DNA of 20,241 nt from Ginkgo biloba (GCA_024626585.2 JANKJI020000002.1:213497778-213518018), one strand, 5' to 3'. Counted from the stretch's first letter, positions 1 through 10,273 are shown. Translations and numbers: made by a program. Notes: generated by a model from the letters alone, not told the origin.

Positions 1-1063
1 AGAATAATAAAAGGCCCAAACCATTTAGGAATGATTTTCCCTTTTATAATGAAAAGGTAATTCAGTTTAAGAACCTTGTTGCCTACTATGAATTTATAAT
101 ATATTGAATTTTTCTCCATAGGCAATATGGCTTCGAGTTCTATAAGCTTCCAGGTGGTTGTGGGTGAAGATCCCCTTCTCATTGAATTCCTCTAGCTCAA
201 CTAATTAAGTGACCTTAACCTATCCATGTTAATGAATTTATTTATTAAAACTAGTAAAGAGGAAATTTTAATTTCAAGGGGGGGAATTACCTCTACACCA
301 TAGATAAGGGAATAGGGAGTCATTCCTATTATAGTACATACTCTAGTATGATATGCCCATATTACAAGGAAAATGTTTAGTGCAAATCTCGATGGGACTA
401 ATTTACAATCCTTTTCAATATGTTAACTAGAATTTTTTAAAGGATTTGGCTTAGCCATTAGCTTGAAGGTAATAATATGAAGAGGTTTGATGTGTTATTT
501 TAAATTTATGACAAAGTTCATTAATATAATGGTTGTAAAAACATTTACCATTGTTAGTAATAATATTGTCTAAGATGCTAAGTTGACATATAATTTAATT
601 AAAGATGAACATAATGATAGTATGTATGTCAGTATTGGCTAATAAAATGGACTCCACCCATTTAATAAAATAATCAGTGATAGCTATAATAAACATGTGT
701 TGATTTGAGGACAAAGGGTTTATTATACCAATAATGTCAAGGACCTATTTAGAAAAGGGAAAAGGGATAGAGATTGAACAAAAGGAATGTACCAATGCAT
801 GATATGAATTAGAGTGTTCCTAGCACTTATGACATATTCATATGTGTTTGTGATCATCTCAGAATATGGTTGGCCAATAATAACCCATTATTAATATTTT
901 GAGGAAGTGGGCTAATCACAAATATGGCTCCAAAAAATGCTTTTATGGGATTCATAAGGAATATTTTAAGATTCAATGGGATTAAGAAATCATAAAAGGA
1001 TGCCATCAAATGATTGTTCATATAGAGTGTTTGTAAGAAACCTCAAATCCAATTCAAGATACA
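1..1063 (-). mobile_element. Degenerate Ty3/gypsy (non-chromovirus, Tat/Ogre-like) integrase: Zn-binding region, core and C-terminal GPF region; pseudogenised
   Basis: Manual minus-strand translation across stops and frameshifts gives, in order: SFDGILL, KILIMGYYWPTIF..ICHKC (Zn-binding), PFPFSK*VLDIIGIINP, TDYFIKWVE, IITNNGKCF (DNG-equivalent), YYLQANG*A, TPYSLIYGVEVIPPLEI and PKWFGPFII. These match Tat/Ogre-type integrase motifs. Confidence 0.88.
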
Positions 1064-3016
1064 NNNNNNNNNNNNNNNNNNNNNNNNNNNNNNNNNNNNN
1101 NNNNNNNNNNNNNNNNNNNNNNNNNNNNNNNNNNNNNNNNNNNNNNNNNNNNNNNNNNNNNNNCTTTTAGTGGGATTTAGATTCTTATTTTGTGCCTTAT
1201 TTAAAGGATAATTATTTTTAGAAGTGTCCTTTCTAGTTTCTTAATGGAAGATATGATGAGGTATAAAAGTTGATCCTAAATTTGAGGGGCCTTGGAATTA
1301 GAAATCCTATCGCTAATAGCATGTGTATTTTTGGAAGATGAGGATAAAATCATGGAATATTTAAGGGTTTTTATCCCAACTTGACCTTTGTAGGATTTGA
1401 TTATTAGGCATTTATCTACATCATCAAAGTAGGTAGGAACAACTTTAAAAACCTCCAAGTGGACCTAGGGTCTAAGCATGCTCATGAAAAGATAATATAA
1501 TTATCGAAAATAAAATAGGATTTTATATGAATGATCTAATAAATAAAACTGACAAATAAGATCAAATTTAATCACATCATTAACTAATGGATTTTTTATA
1601 TAGTCGATGTATGATCATTGAAAACTAACAATTAGTTGAATAAACCTGCCCTTATATAGGGGATTAGTGACATGCAAATATACATTCAGATTAGGATTTT
1701 GAGAAACTAAAGGAATGTTGGTTGGTTCTAGATTAGGCACTTCATCATCTATAAGCAGTTTGGGTTTTGATCTTTGTCCATCCTCATCACTTGAATCCTC
1801 ACTAGCAACCATACAATAGCAATTCAGAGTTTTGATCCTTGCTAAATGAACTTAAATACTTGAGTGTGTTTGGCAAAAAAGGTTTTGAAAAAGTTGGCCT
1901 TCATATCTATCCAACTGGCCATTCTGATGGCCTCTTGCAATTCATACGAACTTTTATCGTTGTTTAGAAATGATGAATACAATGGTGGACCTATGTATAG
2001 CACAAAATGCTACATCCTTGCTATACAACTTTACGAAGCTTAATGTGTTTTTTAGTCATAATGCCTATGTGATAAGGAGGTAATTCCAACATTTCAATTC
2101 CTTCGAAACATGTCTCGAAATAATGGCACTCTCGTGCCAATCAGTTAATTCTCCAATGTGAGCCAAATACGATTTGAATGCTTGACTTTCTAATGTAAGT
2201 AGAAGTAGTCATCAACAATTATCTCTCCCATTGGTGGGAGCCCATCCATACTTTTATGCAACATTGGATATGTTGGGTACCATTACATGAATCCATACTA
2301 TCCCTGGACTTAGGCATTGTAGTTGNNNNNNNNNNNNNNNNNNNNNNNNNNNNNNNNNNNNNNNNNNNNNNNNNNNNNNNNNNNNNNNNNNNNNNNNNNN
2401 NNNNNNNNNNNNNNNNNNNNNNNNNACATTTACACATCTTACCCTTTATCAAACATCATTTATACATAATTTTTAATAATGATATTAAACCACTTTTCAA
2501 GCAATCAAATTCCAGTTTTAGTGAATCCTACTATGTAGCATATATACAAAATCGTACTAACTAGTTGCATTAAAAAATCTTTCCAAGTGATATAATTATT
2601 TGTACCATAGATTCAGAATAATATTTAGTTGTATTATACATCACTAATATATGGTAAAAGAAGGCAAGTAAGATCATTAAAAAAATCTTCCCAATAACAC
2701 GTGTTTTTATTTTAGTTACTACCTCTTTTGAAATGATAGATATTAAAAATAGAGATGTTAATCCTCTTATAAACAATCTTTTAATAATAAATGTNNNNNN
2801 NNNNNNNNNNNNNNNNNNNNNNNNNNNNNNNNNNNNNNNNNNNNNNNNNNNNNNNNNNNNNNNNNNNNNNNNNNNNNNNNNNNCCCCCTCCCCCACCAAC
2901 CCCTTTTTCTAATATAAAAGAATATATAATCCATACTATATACTAAAAAAATAAGTGCATTCAACTAACCACCTTTCCTTTCCCTAACTTTAAAAAAGTA
3001 AAATAAAATAATAAAT

Positions 3017-3472
3017 GGGGGACAAAAATGAGACAAGAGATGGGAGACAAGAATAGGACAGAAGATAGGACAAGAATAGTATGAGAGGTGGAATGAGATA
3101 GGAATAATTAATGGATTAATGGTGACATAAATAGAGATGAAAAATAAAAAAAAGATAAGAGACAAGATAGAAATAGATAATAGAGATGGAAATAAAGAAT
3201 AGAGTCTACATAGGAAAATGGAATAGAGAGGAGATGGGAACAAAGGATGGGGATAGGAAAGAGATTGGACAAAAAAATAGAGATGTGAGATAGGAATAAG
3301 ATGACATGAGAATAGAAATGGGATATGGGATAAGAACAAGATGGGACGTGGGATAAAGGATGGGAATGAGATGGGAGACATGAGATAAGGGTTGACATAA
3401 GAGCAGAGACAAAAACATGACAGATATAGGAGATAGGATGGAAATAAAATAAGATAGGAGATGGGAAGAGGG
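3017..3472. repeat. Degenerate purine-rich (GA/GGA) low-complexity tract
   Basis: Recurring short units GATGGGAGACA, GAGATAGGAATAA, ATAGAGATG, and a strong A/G bias on the + strand. The three overlapping S/P/I/F-rich minus-strand ORFs here are a by-product. Confidence 0.75.
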
Positions 3473-4322
3473 AGTCATACGAATTATGAAAATTATTTTG
3501 CATGGGTAAAGGACTAGTAATCCCAACTAAAAATCTTAATACCATTACACAAATTTGTCCAATGGAAAACCCTTACTAATTTAAATAATTAGAATAAAAA
3601 TAAGTTACAAATTTAATTAATTATATATACCTTAGAATTCATATAATGCTTGATAACATACCATAAACTAGATAAACAAAGGATTAATAGACCCAACAAG
3701 ATATAGTAAGTGGTTTTAGAATATCTAGAATTTTTTTATAATGTAATGAATAACACTGCATTAGCCATAGTTGTTAAGGAAATTAGACTCACATTTGGCT
3801 TTGGAATCCCCATCCTTTAGGGATTCAAAATGATGACATTCAAGATGAAATTTTACATGGATATTTTAAGCTTGAAAAATTCTAATGGATTTACAAATGG
3901 TAGATATTGGAAAGGTTTGAGCATTGTTAGGGAGATGACAAAATGAGATAGGAAGACAAGGGATGATGGAAATGGTAAGATAAAGTGAAATTTTAGATAT
4001 GGATAAGATTAAACCCATTATTCCCTACTCTATAATCCATAGATGTTTGTCCATTTGTAGTCCGCTAAAGGTATTAAAGTTTAATAAAGAAATATTATAT
4101 TATAATGGCAAAAGACTATTCCTTTACCCGTGATAGAAAATTACCACTTTTATTTTCCACTTTTTAAATATTTAATATGTTTAATGTATTTAATATTGAT
4201 ATAATACTTGTTGTTGTGTGTGNNNNNNNNNNNNNNNNNNNNNNNNNNNNNNNNNNNNNNNNNNNNNNNNNNNNNNNNNNNNNNNNNNNNNNNNNNNNNN
4301 NNNNNNNNNNNNNNNNNNNNNN

Positions 4323-5455
4323 GAGAAAAATATCAGATTTAAAATCCTGATTAAGCAGGAGTTAGAACTGGGAGAGTTTGTAGTATACCTTAATATCCTA
4401 AGTTATGATAAGAAGGAATCAGATCCTAATGAAGTTAAATTGGTAGAATTCCCCCTTGATAAATCTCCTTCAATCCTTGACTACATTGAGTATTTTTGGG
4501 TGTTTGAAGATGATGAACAAATCTTGATATCTTTATGGGGGCAGGATGAATTATTTGGATCACTTGAGGAGGAATCCTCCATTATTGATCCCACAATAAT
4601 AGTCATAAAATAATCTAGTACTGAGGACTTAGTGTCTGAAAGGAAGGTTAGTCCCCAAATTCATAATATCGTGGAAATTATCATGGAAGATCTTGTTAAA
4701 TATGATCCCTATGATGGTGGAATAGGCAAGGAGGCAAACACCCCATACAAAAAAAAAAAAAAAACTAGTTCTCGAATCCATAATCTTATGAAAAGTCACA
4801 TAGAGGATCTTGTTAAAGATAATCCCTGCAACGATGGTGATGAAGTTGAGGCAGGGGATATTTTTAAAGAAATTATTGATGACCACATAGAGGATAGGGT
4901 CATTCAACTAAGGATAACCAGGACCCCAAAAATCCCTATCTACTTGGAAGGCCCCTTCACTCTCCATAACTAACCCAAGTTGGGGTCACCCCAACCTGAA
5001 CCTTTCATGAAGATAATCCAAAAGGTTGAGCAACATGACATTAGAGATAAATCAAGCTGAGAGGTGGCCCTACTAGGAGAATGTTATTAAGAAGAAGAAG
5101 AAGAAGATGGGCACAAAATGGCCTTTGTCATCTATGGGGGTACCTTCACACATAAGAAAATGTTATTTGGATTACTCCATGCAAATGCCACATTTCATAG
5201 TACCATATTTTTTAACTTTAAAGAATTGATATAAAAGGGGGAGATGGTTTTCTTAAATGACCTCGTTGTATTTTTAAAATATCAACAGGACCATGTGACA
5301 CACATAGGGCAAGTCTCATAAACGTATGAATAGTGGGGCACCTCCCTAAGTCTGAAGAAGTTAGTGCTCAAGGTGATAAAGGAAAGATTGTCAAGTCATA
5401 TAGTTTCTAAAGATAAAGCTTATAGTGACCTAGACAAGGTGGAAACTATAAAGGA
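4323..5455 (+). mobile_element. Degenerate Ty3/gypsy Tat-like pol remnant (pre-RT linker plus C-terminal half of reverse transcriptase)
   Basis: 5103-5455 translates as EDGHKMAFVIYGGTFTHKKMLFGLLHANATF...MVFLNDLVVF...GTSLSLKK...RLSSHIVSKDKAYSDLDKVETIK, a decayed form of EDQHKTAF..WGTF....MPFGL.NAGATF..YLDD..GISLNPKK..LLGHIVSK. YLDD has become FLND and there are 3 in-frame stops. Upstream PSILDYIEYFWVFEDDEQIL and VIQLRITRTPKIPIYLEGPF resemble the pre-RT linker of Tat elements (from recall, not searched). Confidence 0.85.
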
Positions 5456-5606
5456 NNNNNNNNNNNNNNNNNNNNNNNNNNNNNNNNNNNNNNNNNNNNN
5501 NNNNNNNNNNNNNNNNNNNNNNNNNNNNNNNNNNNNNNNNNNNNNNNNNNNNNNNCATCATTGATATCAACTTTTGTGTAACCTAATGTTAGCAATCCCC
5601 ACATAA

Positions 5607-5661
5607 ATATATATATATGTGTGTGTGTATATGTATATATATATATATATGTATGAATATA

Positions 5662-5692
<31 letters not shown>

Positions 5693-5750
5693 ATATATAT
5701 ATGCATATACATATATATGTGTGTGTCTGTATATACATATATACATATAC
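5607..5750. repeat. Compound (TA)n/(TG)n microsatellite
   Basis: Alternating TA and TG dinucleotide runs, directly visible. Confidence 0.97.
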
Positions 5751-5754
5751 GTAA

Positions 5755-6135
5755 TGATGTAGGGGATTCACCATGATTTTAGTTAAGTTATAGTCTCTAT
5801 AGATGTTTTGGAGGAGTTGATGGGAATTTTTAATGAATTATAAAAATAAAGTTCTAAATGAAATAGTGAACAAACAAGTGGAATACACCCCCGAAAAGAG
5901 CATAAAAAATCATGAAGAACTTTAAAAAAGAAATTGGAAAATGGTTATGGAAAGGCCAACGAATCGAATGGGTCGAAAAACAAAATAGTTATCATTTGTT
6001 GAATGGAGTATACTATTCCTCAAATGAAAATTAGTTTTAGTTATCATTTGTTGAACGACTTATACTATTCAACGAACAAACAAAGGGTTACGACAAAAGA
6101 TTTAAAATGACAGAAAATAAAAAATGATAGTAGGG
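5755..6135 (+). mobile_element. Possible start of a second CRM-like LTR (TGATG terminus), or the distal part of the adjacent LTR
   Basis: Begins TGATGTAGGGG at 5755, just after the microsatellite. Contains a 33-nt imperfect direct repeat (TAGTTATCATTTGTTGAA.....TATACTATTC) at 5986-6018 and 6038-6070. Confidence 0.4.
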
Positions 6136-7025
6136 TGATGTAGCCCAGAGTGGTGAGGTGTGCCCAAGACCCTGCGAGCTAGCTTAATTGACATAAACAA
6201 CACCATAAAGGGAGAGATAGTGAGGATAAAAAACATATTCAAACATAAAACTAGAACTTCATAAGAGATGGAAATTCATGACATATCACTGAAAAATACA
6301 CATGCTTTATTTTCATTACATTTTTGCCACAAATGGGGATTCTATTACATGGGTTTACCAGAAAATATAATAATTCCCTTTCTAGAGTAATTTACTTCAG
6401 AGGACAATATGGGCCAAAAGGCTCCTCTATTTGCTACCTATTCTCCTCTTTCCTTTTGTTGCCTTCTTCCTTTCATGACCTCCCCTTTTTTTCCCACATC
6501 TCTTCAGCACCTCCCCAAAATCTTCTACCTACCATCAAAATATTAACTCCCCCTTTAAATCTCATAACGGGCCATTAATCACCTTAATTGCACACTGTAG
6601 GCATCATAAATCCTTGTGATGACCAACTTGTCACCTTTACGACCATTAAATCCTTTTAATTTTCCATTTCAAAAAATTTTCTTGTTGCAGCCTTTGGGTC
6701 ATTCGCCGACCTGGGTGATGAACACCTCATTGTATTCACTGCTTATTTTTCCTTTGGCCTATTTTCTAGGCCCCTTTAGGCTATTCACCCGAATGCCCTT
6801 TAGGTTATTCACTGCTCACCCAAGTTGTTCATTGTCTGCTTGCCCTATTTTTTGAGCCCAATCTAATGGTACATTCCATCAGCTCGTTCTCTCCTCCATG
6901 TAGAAATTCCTTTGGGCCATTCGGTCTCCATACTTACTCCATTTTCCCAAAAATGACTCTCCACACTTCAAAACTGTAGCAAATATTTTATGTCTGCAAA
7001 ATGGGTTGGAGATGCTCCTACATCA
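6136..7025 (-). mobile_element. 3' LTR of a CRM-like chromovirus
   Basis: On the minus strand it starts TGATGTAGG directly after the PPT and ends GGGCTACATCA at 6136 (TGATG...CATCA termini, typical of the CRM clade). There is an internal AATAAA at ~6306-6311 (-). An alternative end at 5755 gives a 9-bp perfect inverted terminus. Confidence 0.7.
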
Positions 7026-7589
7026 TCCTCCCATACTTGAAAAAATAACTTTCCATGAGCCCTTGCTCATGGTCATGTTTAAAATCCTTCCATTTGATTC
7101 ATCCATCTCTTTGAGTTCTTCCTCGATGACCCATGTACTATCTTCTGGCAGTAAGTATTTCCATCTTACCAAGTACCTTTCATATCTACCCCTTCTTGTT
7201 TCGATTATCTTTCTGTCTAACACCTCTATAATTTATTCTTTCTTCTTCTTCTTTAGTACAGGTTGCTTCCATTTACCTACTTCTTCTTTTGTCTCCTCAT
7301 CCCCTTCATAAAACCTGTATAGATATGTAATGTTAAATATAGGCGAGATGTCAAATTTTATAGGCAAATTGACCTGGTATGCATTCTCATTAATCTTGTT
7401 CATAATCTTGTAGGGCCTGATATTCTTGAACTTTAGTTTTCTATATGTTCCCTTTTGGAACCTGTCCTTCCTCAAGTACACCATTACCATATCACCTTCC
7501 TCAAAATCCTTGTTCTTTCGAGACTAATTGACTACCTCTTTGTACTTGATTCTACTCTTCTCAAGTTGGTTCTTCACTTCCTCATGCAC
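7023..7589 (-). pseudogene. Chromovirus integrase C-terminus (GPY/F, SH3-like region) plus chromodomain
   Basis: One frame with 2 internal stops: VHEEVKNQLEKSRIKYKEVVN*SRKNKDFEEGDMVMVYLRKDRFQKGTYRKLKFKNIRPYKIMNKINENAYQVNLPIKFDISPIFNI...E*IIEVLDRKIIETRRGRYERYLVRWKYLLPEDSTWVIEEEL. YLRKDRF and NAY..LP...IS..FN are CRM-type integrase motifs; YLVRW....DSTW is the chromodomain. Confidence 0.92.
7026..7039 (-). promoter_or_regulatory. Polypurine tract (plus-strand priming site)
   Basis: Minus strand reads CAAGTATGGGAGGA immediately followed by TGATGT (LTR start). Confidence 0.7.
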
Positions 7590-7815
7590 CNNNNNNNNNN
7601 NNNNNNNNNNNNNNNNNNNNNNNNNNNNNNNNNNNNNNNNNNNNNNNNNNNNNNNNNNNNNNNNNNNNNNNNNNNNNNNNNNNNNNNNNNTTATTTTTGT
7701 GTTTCATGTTTATGCATATATATCCCTTATTTATTTTAAATTTCTAATATTATTTTGTATCTATTTTTAATATGATTATCTCGCAGATATCTACATGGTT
7801 TCTATTTTGTTTATA

Positions 7816-7827
7816 TGGTATCAAAGC
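7816..7827 (+). promoter_or_regulatory. Primer-binding site (tRNA-iMet type) of an LTR retrotransposon; 7691-7815 is likely the 5' LTR end and downstream sequence its leader
   Basis: TGGTATCAAAGC, one mismatch from the canonical TGGTATCAGAGC, preceded by T-rich U5-like sequence. No recognisable gag downstream. Confidence 0.55.
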
Positions 7828-9437
7828 AAGTTCCTGAGTTATGGTTCATTTGTGGCCATTTATTTCATTATTTTCCTGGGACTGTAAATTTCTTTTAGGG
7901 ATTTTACTAGTATGAAGGTTTGTGTATCATCTATTATTTTTTATTATGTTCATGCATTTTAATTTTAGGTTTTATATGGGTTAATGTGACTAGTTGAGAT
8001 ATAGTATTGTGCAATCCTAGTGGAATAAATATGCTTTTGTAAACCTAGAAACCTAACCCATGTGTATGCATGTTTTTACCAGTATTATGAGAAGATGTAT
8101 TTCATACCCCTATTGTATAAATCCCTAATCAATTTTTAAAATTGTAATGTGAATCCCTAATTCTAAAGGTCATTTGGTGAAGACCATTGAACCATTTAAA
8201 AGCCATTTGTAGATTGTTAAAGGTTGGATGTAGAATATTTTAAAGTTTCTTACATAATGCAATTGTTTATTTTATAAATTTGTCCAGTTTTATGAAGGGT
8301 CATGGCATTGTTCAATATTTAGTGATGATATTCAGATTAATGCGACCATCAATCCTGGCAATAATTACTATTTTTTGAAGATGGATATCCTTTTTTTTCA
8401 AGTCACTCTCTATATTTGAAGTCTGCATTCTTTGTGGCTTATTAGGTGGTGGGTACCATGCATTTTCTTCTGGTCATCATTTGGAAATAACAGAGGCCAT
8501 ATGTGAAACAATTATTTTCATCGACATCCATCGATTTCTAGAGATGAATGCACATGCAGTTGGAAATAGTAGAGACATAACTACATTGGCAAATACAATC
8601 TGCAAATAAAGAGGGATGATCCTAATTGAACCTACAAATGGAAGATCAATCGATGATTTTTGCACTGTCATAGCGGATTTTAGTTTTGGAAAATATAGTG
8701 ACAGTGGTTGATGAACAGACACTTTAATATTTTTCAAAAATATTTTAGGTTTACAATGTTTTTAATTTGTAATTTAATTAATTTGTAAACCATTTTAAAT
8801 TTGCCCCTAAAACTTTAGCTCTCGGTCATGTGGTTTTAATGTATTCACATGTTGAAAGTTTTCAAGGCCTAATAAACTCTTTAAGACATGGTCATATAGG
8901 CTTCACAGTCCTTTCAGTNNNNNNNNNNNNNNNNNNNNNNNNNNNNNNNNNNNNNNNNNNNNNNNNNNNNNNNNNNNNNNNNNNNNNNNNNNNNNNNNNN
9001 NNNNNNNNNNNNNNNNNNGAATGTGTGTATACATGTAATTAAAAAAAAAGAGGCAATATACATATAATGACATAAAAAGTTTGGCGAGAAATAAAGTAAT
9101 AATGAAAGTAGATTTAAATTAAAAAAATGTTTTGCAACTTTAGATTGTAAGGTAAAATACATGAATTCAATGTCTCTTCCTTCACATGGAGGGAAACAAA
9201 ATTATTTGATCTTATTTTTTAAACATCAAATTTTCATTTTTCGCAAGATACATTTTGCCCAAATTAAGAAGATACCATTTTAGACTACTCTACAACCTTC
9301 CTAAGATACGAATCTTAGTGAAGAGTTAATAAGTCGATTAAATCATAAACCAATTAATTAGGAGTAAACAAAGCACCAGAGCGTGAGCATCTGTGTCTTT
9401 GCTTTTTTATTTTTTGTTAATTGATTCCTGTCTATAG

Positions 9438-10273
9438 GAAGTGCACGCGGCAGAGACAATGGAAGTAGAAAGGGAGTGGGAAGGTGAATTTCATGCACCA
9501 TAACAGCACCAATCCCATTTCTTCTTGAGTATTAAGATCTACGGATAGTAACATTCCCCATTGTCTCAAGGTGGAGTTCCTCTACTTACCATTGCCGCGC
9601 GTCGATATGGGCAAAGGAGAGGTAAGTGGCTAAAACCACCAAAATTTTTACCCCATTTGCATTTTTTTTCTGAATCTTTTGCAAATCTATATTTGGTTGG
9701 TTCAGTTACAGTCCACAAAAGTTCCGAAAAATATTTAACTTCGCACATTTCTGATGCATGTCAGGTGCTCTGTGTCAATAACATTTCACTAATACTGATA
9801 CAAATTTACCAAAGTTTCAACTCCATTTGTATAATTCCGATTCCGTTTCATGTTTTCTTTCGTTCTTTTCGTTTGGGCATCGGTAGCNNNNNNNNNNNNN
9901 NNGCCCTGATGGCCATCTTTCTCACCTTATAGAATAGTTTCGATGGATATTTAGCGATATTTGACATCTGCTGGTGATAATATCAATTCCGTGAGCCATT
10001 AATTGCGCACACAAATCATTCCCTGGTTCCAAGGGAGGATTAAACCAAATTATACAGAATCAGGGCCTCGGTCGCCCACGAGCTGGGTTCTCTTTATTTT
10101 CCCTTTTTCACAGTTCAGAGTTTCTACATTCCGTTCGGATAAACACCTTGGTATGTAATGCNNNNNNNNNNNNNNNNNNNNNNNNNNNNNNNNNNNNNCG
10201 AAATATATTCTGATTGTTCCTTTATCTCATCCAATGCCTGTTCCTACAGACCGATTCATTGGGAATGGATTGA
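9438..10273 (+). CDS. Candidate six-exon gene of unknown function, 78 aa from ATG 9459: MEVEREWEGGVPLLTIAARRYGQRRVTVHKSSEKYLTSHISDACQNSFDGYLAIFDICCSEFLHSVRINTLTDSLGMD*
   Basis: Exons 9438-9483, 9571-9621, 9706-9764, 9933-9973, 10114-10150, 10250-10273. Introns of 87, 84, ~168, 140 and ~99 nt, all GT..AG (donors GTGAAT, GTAAGT, GTGCTC, GTGATA, GTATGT) with pyrimidine-rich acceptors. CTGAT branch-like motifs at ~9906 and 10210. ATG context ACAATGG. Only this frame stays open across all five junctions. No homology recognised; exons were picked by eye. Confidence 0.45.

Noticed and set aside
1164-2794. ORF-like fragments in three short stretches between gaps (e.g. EDSSDEDGQRSKPK)
   Set aside because: Probably transposon-derived, but I found no motif I can assign.
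2965-3545. Three overlapping 106-145 aa minus-strand ORFs
   Set aside because: Stop-poor pyrimidine-rich low-complexity strand with no protein signal.
6492-6500. TCCCACATC resembling the plant snRNA upstream sequence element
   Set aside because: Lies inside an LTR with no TATA box or snRNA downstream.
8160-8740. Semi-open frames downstream of the PBS at 7816
   Set aside because: No gag, protease or transposase motif recognised in the frames checked.
9582-9593. Minus-strand ATG|GTAAGT suggesting an antisense gene, or a U1 snRNA 5' end on the + strand
   Set aside because: No supporting minus-strand acceptors or exons, and no further U1 sequence or snRNA promoter.
9477-9621. Resemblance of WEG|GV..L.I....Y to E2 ubiquitin-conjugating enzymes
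   Set aside because: No PP, HPN or catalytic-Cys context follows; probably coincidental.
9609-9630. miR399-like CAAAGGAGAG within a hairpin
   Set aside because: Only ~10 nt match, the 3' half differs, and the stem is too short and bulged for a miRNA precursor.
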